DNA of 64,000 nucleotides. Origin: a virus. Position 1 is the first letter of the stretch, and each line of letters starts with the position of its first letter. Shown here piece by piece: positions 1-8,040 of the stretch. A program made the position numbers and the translations under genes. The stretch lies in the IMG/VR virus record IMGVR_UViG_3300022752_000018, positions 1 through 64,000 of that record. One strand, 5' to 3'. Below the pieces are notes generated by a model. The model was not told where the DNA came from. It made no database searches and worked only from the letters and a program-made list of their open reading frames with translations.

Positions 1-2
1 AA

Positions 3-995
3 AATGTAGAGTTTGTAGTTGCTCACGAAATTCTCCATAATGTATTTGATCATATGGGTCGTAATGAAGGACGTAATCGTAAGGTCTTTAATATTGCCGC
101 AGACTATTGCGTAAATGGTCAGTTGATACGTGACCGTATTGGCGAACAACCTCCTAAGATTCCTATTTTCCACGATGCTGGTCATTATGGTAAAAGCGCC
201 GAGCAGATCTATGATGAACTAATGGAAAAATATGATGAGGAGGAACTGGAAGCATTAGGTAAACTACTCGACGAACACATTGATTGGAATAAGGATAGTG
301 ATGGTAAAGGTAGTAGTCGTCCTAAGTATTCTAAGGAAGAATTGAAACAAATCCGTGACGAGGTGCGTGAAGCTGCTATTCAGGCGGCAAATGCGGCGGG
401 TGCGGGTAATACTCCGGCTAGCGTGGCTCGTTTAATCAAAGACTTAACTGAGCCCAAGATCAACTGGCGTCAAATGCTACGTCAGCAGATCCAAAGTTTG
501 ATTAAGAATGACTACAGTTTTCAGCGTCCTAATCGTAAGGGTTGGCATATGGGTGCTGTACTTCCTGGTCTTAAGAACGATGAGACTATTGATGTTGCCA
601 TCTGTATTGACACTAGCGGTAGTATTACTGACAGTATGGTCAAGGACTTCCTCAGCGAGGTCAAGGGTATTATGGAAGAATACAAAGACTTCAAGATCAA
701 AGTATGGAGTTTTGATACCCAAGTATACAATGAGCAGGACTATGACGGATACAATGACGACATTATGAGTTATGAACCCAAAGGTGGCGGTGGTACTGAC
801 TTTGAAGCCAACTGGAGTTATATGAAAGAGAACGATATTAATCCTAAGAAATTGATCATGTTCACTGACGGATATCCTTTTGGTAGTTGGGGTGACGAGT
901 TATACTGTGACACCTTGTTTATTATACACGGTAGTACCAGTATTGTTCCTCCGTTTGGTAGTCATGCTTACTATGAGGAAGAGGCTGCATCATAA
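3..995 (+). CDS. DUF2201-type putative metallopeptidase with C-terminal vWA-like domain (5'-truncated)
   Basis: The frame is open from the window start and reads NVEFVVAHEILHNVFDHM (HExxH zinc motif). It later carries the MIDAS-like ICIDTSGS, GGGTDF and MFTDG motifs of vWA domains. Confidence 0.8.
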   Translation, partial: NVEFVVAHEILHNVFDHMGRNEGRNRKVFNIAADYCVNGQLIRDRIGEQPPKIPIFHDAGHYGKSAEQIYDELMEKYDEEELEALGKLLDEHIDWNKDSDGKGSSRPKYSKEELKQIRDEVREAAIQAANAAGAGNTPASVARLIKDLTEPKINWRQMLRQQIQSLIKNDYSFQRPNRKGWHMGAVLPGLKNDETIDVAICIDTSGSITDSMVKDFLSEVKGIMEEYKDFKIKVWSFDTQVYNEQDYDGYNDDIMSYEPKGGGGTDFEANWSYMKENDINPKKLIMFTDGYPFGSWGDELYCDTLFIIHGSTSIVPPFGSHAYYEEEAAS

Positions 996-1273
996 TGGCT
1001 CTAAAGCATGGTAAGCCGAACGCATTAAATTTGTTGGATCTTAGGCGGGTGCGATTTTCGGCCCGCCACTTTCATTATACCATATTAACACGTTTCAATC
1101 CTAATAAAAATATCAGCGTTGATTATTGGATTTACCATAATTTAAATGGCAGGTATTATATCGGCCAAAGTATTATATTAGATAATACAAACACACTGTC
1201 TTATGTTACCAAAATTGGTTTTGAAGAGGAAAAAGAATTAAGTTTTTTCTTACTTGCGTGTCCAGAATTGTAG
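995..1273 (+). CDS. hypothetical protein (92 aa)
   Basis: ORF abutting the upstream stop and co-oriented; no motif recognised. Confidence 0.6.
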   Translation: MALKHGKPNALNLLDLRRVRFSARHFHYTILTRFNPNKNISVDYWIYHNLNGRYYIGQSIILDNTNTLSYVTKIGFEEEKELSFFLLACPEL

Positions 1274-1324
1274 TAATTTATCTAAATGAAAGATATATAT
1301 GTATGTTAAGTTTAAGGAGAAATT

Positions 1325-1558
1325 ATGATTCAAACTAAATCAATTCCAGAAAAAAATCCTACACCTGTTCAACAAGAACAAACTTCCCAAGAAGATTTAA
1401 ATATTAATGATCTTAATGCTCTACGTCAAATTATAGAAATAACCAATAGTAGAGGTTCCTTCAAAGCAATGGAAATGGAGGCAGTAGGTCGTGTATATAA
1501 TAAATTGGCTAAATTTCTAGACCAAGCATCATCAAATAAGGGTCAAGAAAATGACTGA
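1325..1558 (+). CDS. hypothetical protein (77 aa)
   Basis: AAGGAG RBS just upstream; overlaps the start of the next gene. Confidence 0.6.
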   Translation: MIQTKSIPEKNPTPVQQEQTSQEDLNINDLNALRQIIEITNSRGSFKAMEMEAVGRVYNKLAKFLDQASSNKGQEND

Positions 1559-2150
1559 TCTTAAACATGTAGGAAGATTCGTAGCTAATGGACGTAAATG
1601 TCTCGTAGCATATAGAACTCTTCCAGGAGACTCAAGCCATTGCTTAGTTATTCCAACCGAAGTATTAGAAGATAGTTACCATGATGCTTTAATCAATCTA
1701 GTAGAATCCAATGCTGCTCAAAATTCAAACGAATTCGCAGAAATATTAGCTAGGAGCAGTTTCCCAGATGGTAGTATTATGTTAGCAAGTTTACATACTC
1801 AAGGAAAACTAAGGAAAGTTCCAACCGATGAAATTGAAATGATTCCAAATTTTCAAACTAGAATCAAATTAGACGAACTAAATTATATGATAGCACAGCA
1901 ATTAGGTGTCTCAGTAAATGATTTGGCACTGACTGATCCTAAAAAAATTCGTAGTGAGCAAGAAATCAATGATATCAGAGAAATTGCTACAGTAAATGAA
2001 GTTCCACCTACTAAAGCAGAATTTGATGACAATCTTCCAAAAGAAGAAAGGGCAACTAAATTAAGAGGTCAAGCAGATAAACTTAGTAAAGAGGCAGCAA
2101 GATTACGTAGACTAGCAGAAGAGCTTGTTCCAATTAAAAAAAGTAAATGA
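1551..2150 (+). CDS. hypothetical protein (199 aa, coiled-coil C-terminus)
   Basis: Long ORF in a translationally coupled operon. Confidence 0.7.
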   Translation: MTDLKHVGRFVANGRKCLVAYRTLPGDSSHCLVIPTEVLEDSYHDALINLVESNAAQNSNEFAEILARSSFPDGSIMLASLHTQGKLRKVPTDEIEMIPNFQTRIKLDELNYMIAQQLGVSVNDLALTDPKKIRSEQEINDIREIATVNEVPPTKAEFDDNLPKEERATKLRGQADKLSKEAARLRRLAEELVPIKKSK

Positions 2151-2464
2151 CTCTAAAAAAAAAATTAAACAAATCGGCCATTGATAGTTGGCCAGAAGTT
2201 TTTAAAGAAGTTGAATTGAATGTTGTACCTATCCAATATCTTTCTAATGTAAATGTTCTATTTAAAGACAATAAAATTTGGAATATAAAAATAGGTAATC
2301 AATTAAAAGATGAAAATTGGCAAACTATAGAAAAAAATATAAATGAATTAATTTCAAATTATGAATCCTCTATAAAAAGCATAGATTTTCAACTTGATAC
2401 TGATAAAATAAAAATTGATGTAATTAAACATACGAATAACTTTTTAAAAAGAAAGCTCAAATGA
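2147..2464 (+). CDS. hypothetical protein (105 aa)
   Basis: ATGA overlaps with both neighbouring genes. Confidence 0.6.
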   Translation: MTLKKKLNKSAIDSWPEVFKEVELNVVPIQYLSNVNVLFKDNKIWNIKIGNQLKDENWQTIEKNINELISNYESSIKSIDFQLDTDKIKIDVIKHTNNFLKRKLK

Positions 2465-3141
2465 ATGTTAGACTTGTATCCTACAGCCAACCCACTGAGG
2501 AATTTAGACACAGCGGTATCGAGGATGCGCAGGACCTCATTGCTTTCTGCGCCCGCGTCAGCAATCCCAGCAATCAGTTCAATACAGAAACAAGCGAAAA
2601 ACTTATACGATACTTGGTACGAAACAAACACTGGAGTCCCCTCGAAATGGTCAGTGCCTGTCTCGAAATCACAACCACAAGAGACATTGCCAGACAAATC
2701 CTCAGACACAGAAGTTTTAGTTTCCAAGAGTTCTCCCAGCGATACGCTGACCCTACTAAGGATCTCTCGTTCGTACTTAGAGAGGCCCGCTTGCAAGACA
2801 CCACTAACAGACAAAACAGCATTGAACTTGGAGAAAGTATTGAGGACTCAGTGCTTAGAGAAGAGTGGATTCGACAACAGGAAGAAGTCTTACAAGCAGC
2901 AAGAAGAGCCTACACTTGGGCTATCAATAAGGGCATAGCAAAAGAACAGGCCCGTGCTGTATTACCAGAAGGTTTGATGGAAAGTCGTTTATATATGAAC
3001 GGTTCTTTAAGATCATGGATACACTATTGTGAATTAAGATCTGCACACGGAACACAAAAAGAACACATAGAAATAGCCAAAGCAATTGCTAAAGTTATCT
3101 CAGTGGGTTTCCCAATGATGAATGAGTTTTGTAATGATTAG
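2461..3141 (+). CDS. thyX: FAD-dependent thymidylate synthase
   Basis: ThyX signature RHRSFSFQEFSQRY, plus HWSPLE, AKEQARAVLP and NGSLRSWIHY. Confidence 0.95.
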   Translation: MNVRLVSYSQPTEEFRHSGIEDAQDLIAFCARVSNPSNQFNTETSEKLIRYLVRNKHWSPLEMVSACLEITTTRDIARQILRHRSFSFQEFSQRYADPTKDLSFVLREARLQDTTNRQNSIELGESIEDSVLREEWIRQQEEVLQAARRAYTWAINKGIAKEQARAVLPEGLMESRLYMNGSLRSWIHYCELRSAHGTQKEHIEIAKAIAKVISVGFPMMNEFCND

Positions 3142-3282
3142 ATATATTATTAATGGCAACCTCATTATGGCAGATTACACAACAGCATTTTAAATAAATT
3201 CGATTTTGTGATTTTAATCTAATTTTTTCTTTAGTTTAGCAGGTGCCAAAGTTATAACCAATATATCCTTTGGCTAACACGA

Positions 3283-4056
3283 TTACTCAATGACTTTACG
3301 TTCGATATCATCTTCAATACAGTTTCTACCGTATTGAATTTCTACTAATTTAATTGGTAAATCGCTATTGTTTACTAATTGATGCCATTCTTCGTAGTCT
3401 ATAAAAGCATGATCCCCTTTAGAGTAATTACCCTTAATAACTAAATTATTATCTTTATCTAGAGTATTGATATACCCTTCACCTTCCATAAAATACCAAA
3501 ACTCTTTTCTATGAAAATGACGTTGTAAACTTAGTTTACTATGTGGATTACATACTAATTCTTTTACTTTGGTTTCAGATCCATTTTCATAAACAACCTT
3601 ATAGTGTCCCCAAGTCTTATCTGTTTTTGGGGCAGCCCAATTATCTAAAATCCAACTACTAGAATTTCTTTTATTTTCTCCTCCTACCCCAAAAACAAAT
3701 GATAAATCTGGATAATTCAAACGCATTTCAGGTATATTTTCTTTAGTCCTGTCTCCGCCATTAGCAAATACTATTTCATATCCTGGCAACATTTGTCTTA
3801 CCTGAGTTATGGCATCACAACTACTGTTATCATCATCATTATATTCGACAACATAGTATACATCTTTAATATTACGAACAATTTCAGCTCTTTCACTATA
3901 GGGCATAAAAGGTCTGCCCTTTTTACGTATCAACCAAGCATCGCTATTAACTCCCACTACAAGCCTATCACCTAACTTTGCTGCTTCTTTAAAATAAGCA
4001 ATATGACCTGAATGTAGTGGATCAAACCCACCTGTTATTAATACTATTTTATTCAT
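3283..4056 (-). CDS. cytidylyltransferase (HIGH-type, RfaE/TagD-like) fused to a cupin (mannose-6-phosphate isomerase C-terminal-like) domain
   Basis: N-terminal ITGGFDPLHSGH and VVGVNSDAWL..KKGRP. C-terminal WGHYKV..., LSLQRHFHRKEFW and EIQYG..CIEDDIER. Confidence 0.8.
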   Translation of the reverse strand: MNKIVLITGGFDPLHSGHIAYFKEAAKLGDRLVVGVNSDAWLIRKKGRPFMPYSERAEIVRNIKDVYYVVEYNDDDNSSCDAITQVRQMLPGYEIVFANGGDRTKENIPEMRLNYPDLSFVFGVGGENKRNSSSWILDNWAAPKTDKTWGHYKVVYENGSETKVKELVCNPHSKLSLQRHFHRKEFWYFMEGEGYINTLDKDNNLVIKGNYSKGDHAFIDYEEWHQLVNNSDLPIKLVEIQYGRNCIEDDIERKVIE

Positions 4057-4505
4057 AATGAAGCATCCTCCATGCCTGCTATTCTAAGTTTGATTATATT
4101 GGTTATTTGCCATTGTTTAATATCTAAAGCTTTTACAATACCTAACCATTTATTACGTAATAATGCGAATTCATTTATTAAATTTTCTAATTCTACAACA
4201 TCTGTTTCACCCTCAACATATCTTTCACAATCTCTACTACTAAGAGCACGTTGATAGTTTTCTAAATATTTCTTAAAATAAAAACTTTTTGTTCTTCTCA
4301 ACTCGATATGTAAGTGCTCTAATATAGCTTCTATTTCTTGAAGCTGATTAAATCTATGCTCGACTATTCCAGGCATATTGGCACTAGCTTTTTCAATATT
4401 GCCAGCAATTTTTGTATCTTGTTTTGCTAGATTTAACTCATTAGTATAGTAATCTATAGCATCAGGTAATAATGTTATGTCTTTAGATAATTTCGAATAC
4501 CACAT
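4053..4505 (-). CDS. uvsY: recombination mediator protein, T4 UvsY-like
   Basis: 150-aa helical protein ending LDIKQWQITNIIKLRIAGMEDASL, typical of T4-like UvsY, located downstream of uvsX/recA. Confidence 0.72.
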   Translation of the reverse strand: MWYSKLSKDITLLPDAIDYYTNELNLAKQDTKIAGNIEKASANMPGIVEHRFNQLQEIEAILEHLHIELRRTKSFYFKKYLENYQRALSSRDCERYVEGETDVVELENLINEFALLRNKWLGIVKALDIKQWQITNIIKLRIAGMEDASL

Positions 4506-4507
4506 GA

Positions 4508-4747
4508 TTAATATTCATCGTCTTCATAATCACCCTCATCATATTCTTCTTCTACATCGTTTTCTAAATAGTATTCAATAGCAGTATCCAAATCTGGATC
4601 TACTCCTAAAGCACCTTGTAGTACTTTGTCCTTAATTCCAAAATCAGCTAACAGGTCAACAAACTGTTCTGCTGCTGTGGAAATATCTTCTTTACTCAAA
4701 AAATCTTTAAATAAGGTCCAAACTTCGCTTATTTGTGTGTCATTCAT
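4508..4747 (-). CDS. small acidic hypothetical protein (79 aa)
   Basis: ORF with a very acidic tail (EEEYDEGDYEDDEY). Its ATG overlaps the stop of the recA remnant. Confidence 0.6.
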   Translation of the reverse strand: MNDTQISEVWTLFKDFLSKEDISTAAEQFVDLLADFGIKDKVLQGALGVDPDLDTAIEYYLENDVEEEYDEGDYEDDEY

Positions 4748-4976
4748 TTTCTACAGTTTCCTCTAAAATGGTTTCCTCTTTAGGTTTGATATTTGGAAAA
4801 TCTTCGATTATCATATCTAATTTATCATTTTTCCATTCTTCCATTCTTTTCTGTAAAATAAGTGTTCTTTACCCTGACTGTCAACAAATTTAAGTCTATT
4901 ACCCTGTTGTGTTAACAATCCTTTGCCCTCAAACAAATCCACTAATCTACTATAAGGATCCATGCCTGTTTCATAA
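4740..4976 (-). pseudogene. displaced former 3' end of recA/uvsX, frameshifted by an 8-bp tandem duplication
   Basis: Encodes YETGMDPYSRLVDLFEGKGLLTQQGNRLKFVDSQGKEHLFYRKEW. Removing one AAGAATGG copy (4833-4848) continues the frame as KNDKLDMIIEDFPNIKPKEETILEETVENE*, ending on the next gene's ATG. Confidence 0.85.
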
Positions 4977-5032
4977 TAAGCAATAAAGGCCGAAATATTT
5001 CCTAGATCTTGTACAACTTGATTGTACCGCAT
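4817..5032 (-). other. chimeric ORF: UvsY-like N-terminal fragment fused to the recA 3' remnant
   Basis: MRYNQVVQDLGNISAFIAYYE aligns with the start of the intact UvsY (MWYSKLSKDITLLPDAIDYYT). It then joins the recA sequence at TTATGAA. Confidence 0.6.
4895..4976. repeat. 82-bp direct repeat, copy 1 (copy 2 at 5954-6035)
   Basis: 81/82 identical by eye (mismatch at 4948 vs 6007); offset 1,059 bp. Confidence 0.92.
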
Positions 5033-5047
5033 TATTTAGCATAAGTT

Positions 5048-5659
5048 TTAAGTTCTAATATAAAGTGCATCACCCCAGATGCCTCCCGGCCAAACAGTTT
5101 CAACTCTTTTCATATTATATTCGGTTAGAAAATTATCTAAATCTTCTACAAAAGCGTTACCTTCGTAGACTTCAGCACGATTGACTTCTGCATAAACATA
5201 GTCAACATACTCTAAAGTTTTTCTAGCTCCTTTAAGGACTTCTAGTTCATACCCTTGGACATCCATAGCTAGAAAATTATACCCGGTATAATTAAAATTG
5301 TCAAGTAGGTCAACCTTGACTTCCTCTAATCCCAAGAATTGAACATCAGAATGACAAACTAAATGATCTTTAGGTTTTAACAATGAACTACTTTGTTTTT
5401 GATTACTGCTAACATACATATTAGCGATATTTTCTGCTGAACCTAGTGCTAGTTGATGCGTAATAATATTAGCGTTAATATGTTCAACATTACGACAAAG
5501 AATTTCATATGACTCGCGCAATGGCTCAAATAACACTAACTCTATTATCCCATGGCTAACATATTCGTTAACTTCTTGTCCGTAATGAGCACCTACATGA
5601 ATAATTCCTGTAATATTCATTGTGTACTTTTCTAGCATTTCTTTAAAACTAATTAACAT
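5048..5659 (-). CDS. FkbM-family SAM-dependent methyltransferase
   Basis: IIHVGAHYGQE, LFEP, MDVQGYELEVLKGA and VYAEVN motifs. Confidence 0.85.
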   Translation of the reverse strand: MLISFKEMLEKYTMNITGIIHVGAHYGQEVNEYVSHGIIELVLFEPLRESYEILCRNVEHINANIITHQLALGSAENIANMYVSSNQKQSSSLLKPKDHLVCHSDVQFLGLEEVKVDLLDNFNYTGYNFLAMDVQGYELEVLKGARKTLEYVDYVYAEVNRAEVYEGNAFVEDLDNFLTEYNMKRVETVWPGGIWGDALYIRT

Positions 5660-5670
5660 TTAAATACCCC

Positions 5671-5808
5671 TTATTCGTTATAGTCTTCGTCGTACTTATC
5701 TTCGGCATCGCCGGCATGGCTTATTATTTTATGTTGGCCTATATAGTACCTACCATCAGGTAGTATAGTTTTATATATAAAACCATATGGTCGAGCGATA
5801 TTAGACAT
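5671..5808 (-). pseudogene. truncated GIY-YIG homing endonuclease (45-aa remnant; not in the ORF track)
   Basis: GAGGAG RBS, then MSNIARPYGFIYKTILPDGRYYIGQHKIISHAGDAEDKYDEDYNE*. The GFIY-x9-YIG motif is present but the catalytic Arg/Glu region is absent. Confidence 0.65.
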
Positions 5809-6865
5809 CGGACTCCTCAATGATTGGTTCTTCAACAACTGGAACTTTTTTATGAAACTCAGACATTACTAAATCCATTATCCCATTGATATTTTTGTTC
5901 CATTCTTTTCGAAAATATTTATGTGTGTTATTACTCAAATCAACATAAACATATCTATTACCCTGTTGTGTTAACAATCCTTTGCCCTCAAACAAATCCA
6001 CTAATCCACTATAAGGATCCATGCCTGTTTCATAAGGAATCTTGATTTGAATATTTTCAAAGGGCTTAGCATACCTAGTCTTCATAATCTTACAGGCACT
6101 ACGAATACCCTTGACTTCACTTACCTTATTGCCATCTTCATCTTCTTTGAGTTTAAGTTTCTTCATAGCAACTACAATACTTGACGCATAGATAAAACCT
6201 TGACCACCACTGATCTTGTCATCTGGATCAAACATATCCTGACTGGCATAGGTATGATTAGTAGCAACTAATCCTACGTTATGACTACCAAACATATTAA
6301 CACAGTTACGAACCAAACTGGTCAATGCCTTGGGTTTACGACCCATATCACCCTTCATATTACCTGCTTCAAACTGATCTACATCAGTGGGAGTAAGTAA
6401 CATACCCAAACTATCAATAACAAATAATACTTTAGGCTTATTATCTTCTGGCATAGCCTTATATTCTTTCATAAACTCACTGATAGTTTTAGCAACATCA
6501 TCAATCATTGCCATATTCAGTTTGAGTAATTTACTTTCGTCTGTGTCTACACCTAATGCTTCAAGCCATGCTTTATCTAGAGCATTTTCACTGTCAACTA
6601 GTACAACAAAAATACCTTGCTCTTGAGCATTCTTAATCAAGTTACCACTACAAATATAACTTTTACCAGCACCACTTTCACCAGCAAATACAGTAACTTT
6701 GCCTAATGGTACGCCTTTCTTAAAATCACTGCTAATCAAATAGTTTAGAGCATAGTTACCAGTGCTGATCCAATCTGTAGGATCATTAAACCCTACTCCA
6801 AGACCATCAATACTTTTTGTCAAAGTTTTTCGAAACTTACTTAAATCAAATGCCTTTGTAGCCAT
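5801..6865 (-). CDS. recA: RecA/UvsX recombinase
   Basis: Walker A FAGESGAGKS, VLVDSENA, FVIDSLG, GDMGRKPKAL, NHTY and ISGGQG motifs. Confidence 0.97.
   Translation of the reverse strand: MATKAFDLSKFRKTLTKSIDGLGVGFNDPTDWISTGNYALNYLISSDFKKGVPLGKVTVFAGESGAGKSYICSGNLIKNAQEQGIFVVLVDSENALDKAWLEALGVDTDESKLLKLNMAMIDDVAKTISEFMKEYKAMPEDNKPKVLFVIDSLGMLLTPTDVDQFEAGNMKGDMGRKPKALTSLVRNCVNMFGSHNVGLVATNHTYASQDMFDPDDKISGGQGFIYASSIVVAMKKLKLKEDEDGNKVSEVKGIRSACKIMKTRYAKPFENIQIKIPYETGMDPYSGLVDLFEGKGLLTQQGNRYVYVDLSNNTHKYFRKEWNKNINGIMDLVMSEFHKKVPVVEEPIIEESDV
5954..6035. repeat. 82-bp direct repeat, copy 2 (inside the intact recA)
   Basis: Matches 4895-4976 with one mismatch. Confidence 0.92.
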
Positions 6866-6882
6866 ATTATTATCCTATAATG

Positions 6883-6922
6883 AAAAGAGCACGAACTAAG
6901 AACTTTGTTCTCAGTTCGAGCC
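6883..6922 (-). terminator. terminator-like hairpin after the SSB gene
   Basis: Minus strand reads GGCTCGAACTGAGAAC-AAA-GTTCTTAGTTCGTGCTC, followed by TTTT. Confidence 0.5.
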
Positions 6923-6935
6923 ATATTATTAATTA

Positions 6936-7913
6936 TTATTGTTTATTGCGACTACGAATCATAGCTAAGATATCACTAGCTCTGCTGTCAGTACTTTTTG
7001 AATCATCTGTAGCTTTTGGTGTAGACTTAGGACTAGCCTTAGGAGTTGATTTAACTTCAACTTCCATGTCTGGATCCTCTATAGGTAGATCGCTAGCAGG
7101 ATTATTTGCTACTGGATCACCAGTTTTAGAACTAGCACCACTTGGCTTATAGTATTGCCCCCAACGACCCATATCAAATGCTTCACCATCTATACTGGCT
7201 TCGAACATTTCTTTAATAACTTTCAATTCAACCTCAGTAGGTTTCTTTGGAAGGAAATCTTTAAGATTAAACAATCCATGTTCTTTCAAAGCATCCTGTT
7301 CTTTTTCGCTAAGTGGACGACTACGACGACTCCATTTACTAGTCCCATAATCAGCATAACCACCTTTGCTTGATTTGATCAGTTTAAAATCTACTCCATT
7401 AACTACGTCAGTGGGTAGATCATCCATTTCTGGGTCCATCAAAGCCCCTTTGATAAGGGTAAAGATTTGAGGACCAATAATAAACCTACGAATAGGATTT
7501 TCTGGTATTTGATCTTCTTTAAGACCATCTTCTACTACAAAGCCTTGAAAAAGATAACTACGCTTTTTCCAATACTTACGACCCATTGCTTCAAGGTTAG
7601 GATCCTTAAACCAAGGACGCACTTCATTAAGGATTGGACAAGATTCACCGTACATTTCCATACAAGGAACCTGTACTGCTACTTTTTTATTGTCAGTTTC
7701 ACCTTTAATACCAGCGAACTCAAGTTTAATAACACTGCGCTCTACCCAAAAGAAGGTATTGCTTTCGTCGCCGTCTGGAAGGAATCTTACTGTGCTTTCG
7801 CCGCCTTCTTTTAAATTCCAGAAGGGGTAAATGGTGAGGTCTCCGCCTCCTGTTGAACCACCTTTAAGTTCTTGCTCTTTAAGTTTTGCCCTAATTTCTG
7901 CCAAAGTTGCCAT
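6936..7913 (-). CDS. single-stranded DNA-binding protein, T4 gp32-like
   Basis: VRFLPD, VPCMEMYGESCPI, YWKKRSY, IRRFIIGPQIF, DFKLIK..GGYADYGTSKW motifs and a low-complexity tail; next to uvsX. Confidence 0.85.
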   Translation of the reverse strand: MATLAEIRAKLKEQELKGGSTGGGDLTIYPFWNLKEGGESTVRFLPDGDESNTFFWVERSVIKLEFAGIKGETDNKKVAVQVPCMEMYGESCPILNEVRPWFKDPNLEAMGRKYWKKRSYLFQGFVVEDGLKEDQIPENPIRRFIIGPQIFTLIKGALMDPEMDDLPTDVVNGVDFKLIKSSKGGYADYGTSKWSRRSRPLSEKEQDALKEHGLFNLKDFLPKKPTEVELKVIKEMFEASIDGEAFDMGRWGQYYKPSGASSKTGDPVANNPASDLPIEDPDMEVEVKSTPKASPKSTPKATDDSKSTDSRASDILAMIRSRNKQ

Positions 7914-7977
7914 AGTTTTTCTCCTGTATTTGCCTATGTTTAAAATATTTGCCTATATGTCTGACACCTGTCAAACA

Positions 7978-8005
7978 AAACGCATACATGTTATTGTATG
8001 CGTTT
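7978..8005 (-). promoter_or_regulatory. 11-bp perfect stem-loop in the SSB leader
   Basis: AAACGCATACA-n6-TGTATGCGTTT. Confidence 0.6.
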
Positions 8006-8006
8006 G

Positions 8007-8014
8007 TATTTATA
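8007..8014 (-). promoter_or_regulatory. T4-type late promoter (TATAAATA)
   Basis: Exact T4 late consensus on the minus strand, upstream of the SSB gene. Confidence 0.55.
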
Positions 8015-8040
8015 AAATCAAGTAAAAAGGTTAATTAAAT

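Noticed and set aside
995-1273. GRYYIG motif suggesting a GIY-YIG nuclease
   Set aside because: There is no upstream GIY-like strand at the right spacing, and the rest of the protein does not fit.
2389-2938. Antisense and off-frame ORFs over thyX, and similar shadow ORFs over recA, SSB, terL, sheath and the giant genes
   Set aside because: They overlap well-supported genes and have no recognisable motifs.
4895-6035. Diversity-generating retroelement (TR/VR pair) or integrase att sites
   Set aside because: There is only one mismatch, no adenine-specific pattern, and no reverse transcriptase or integrase in the window. Recombinational insertion explains the repeat better.
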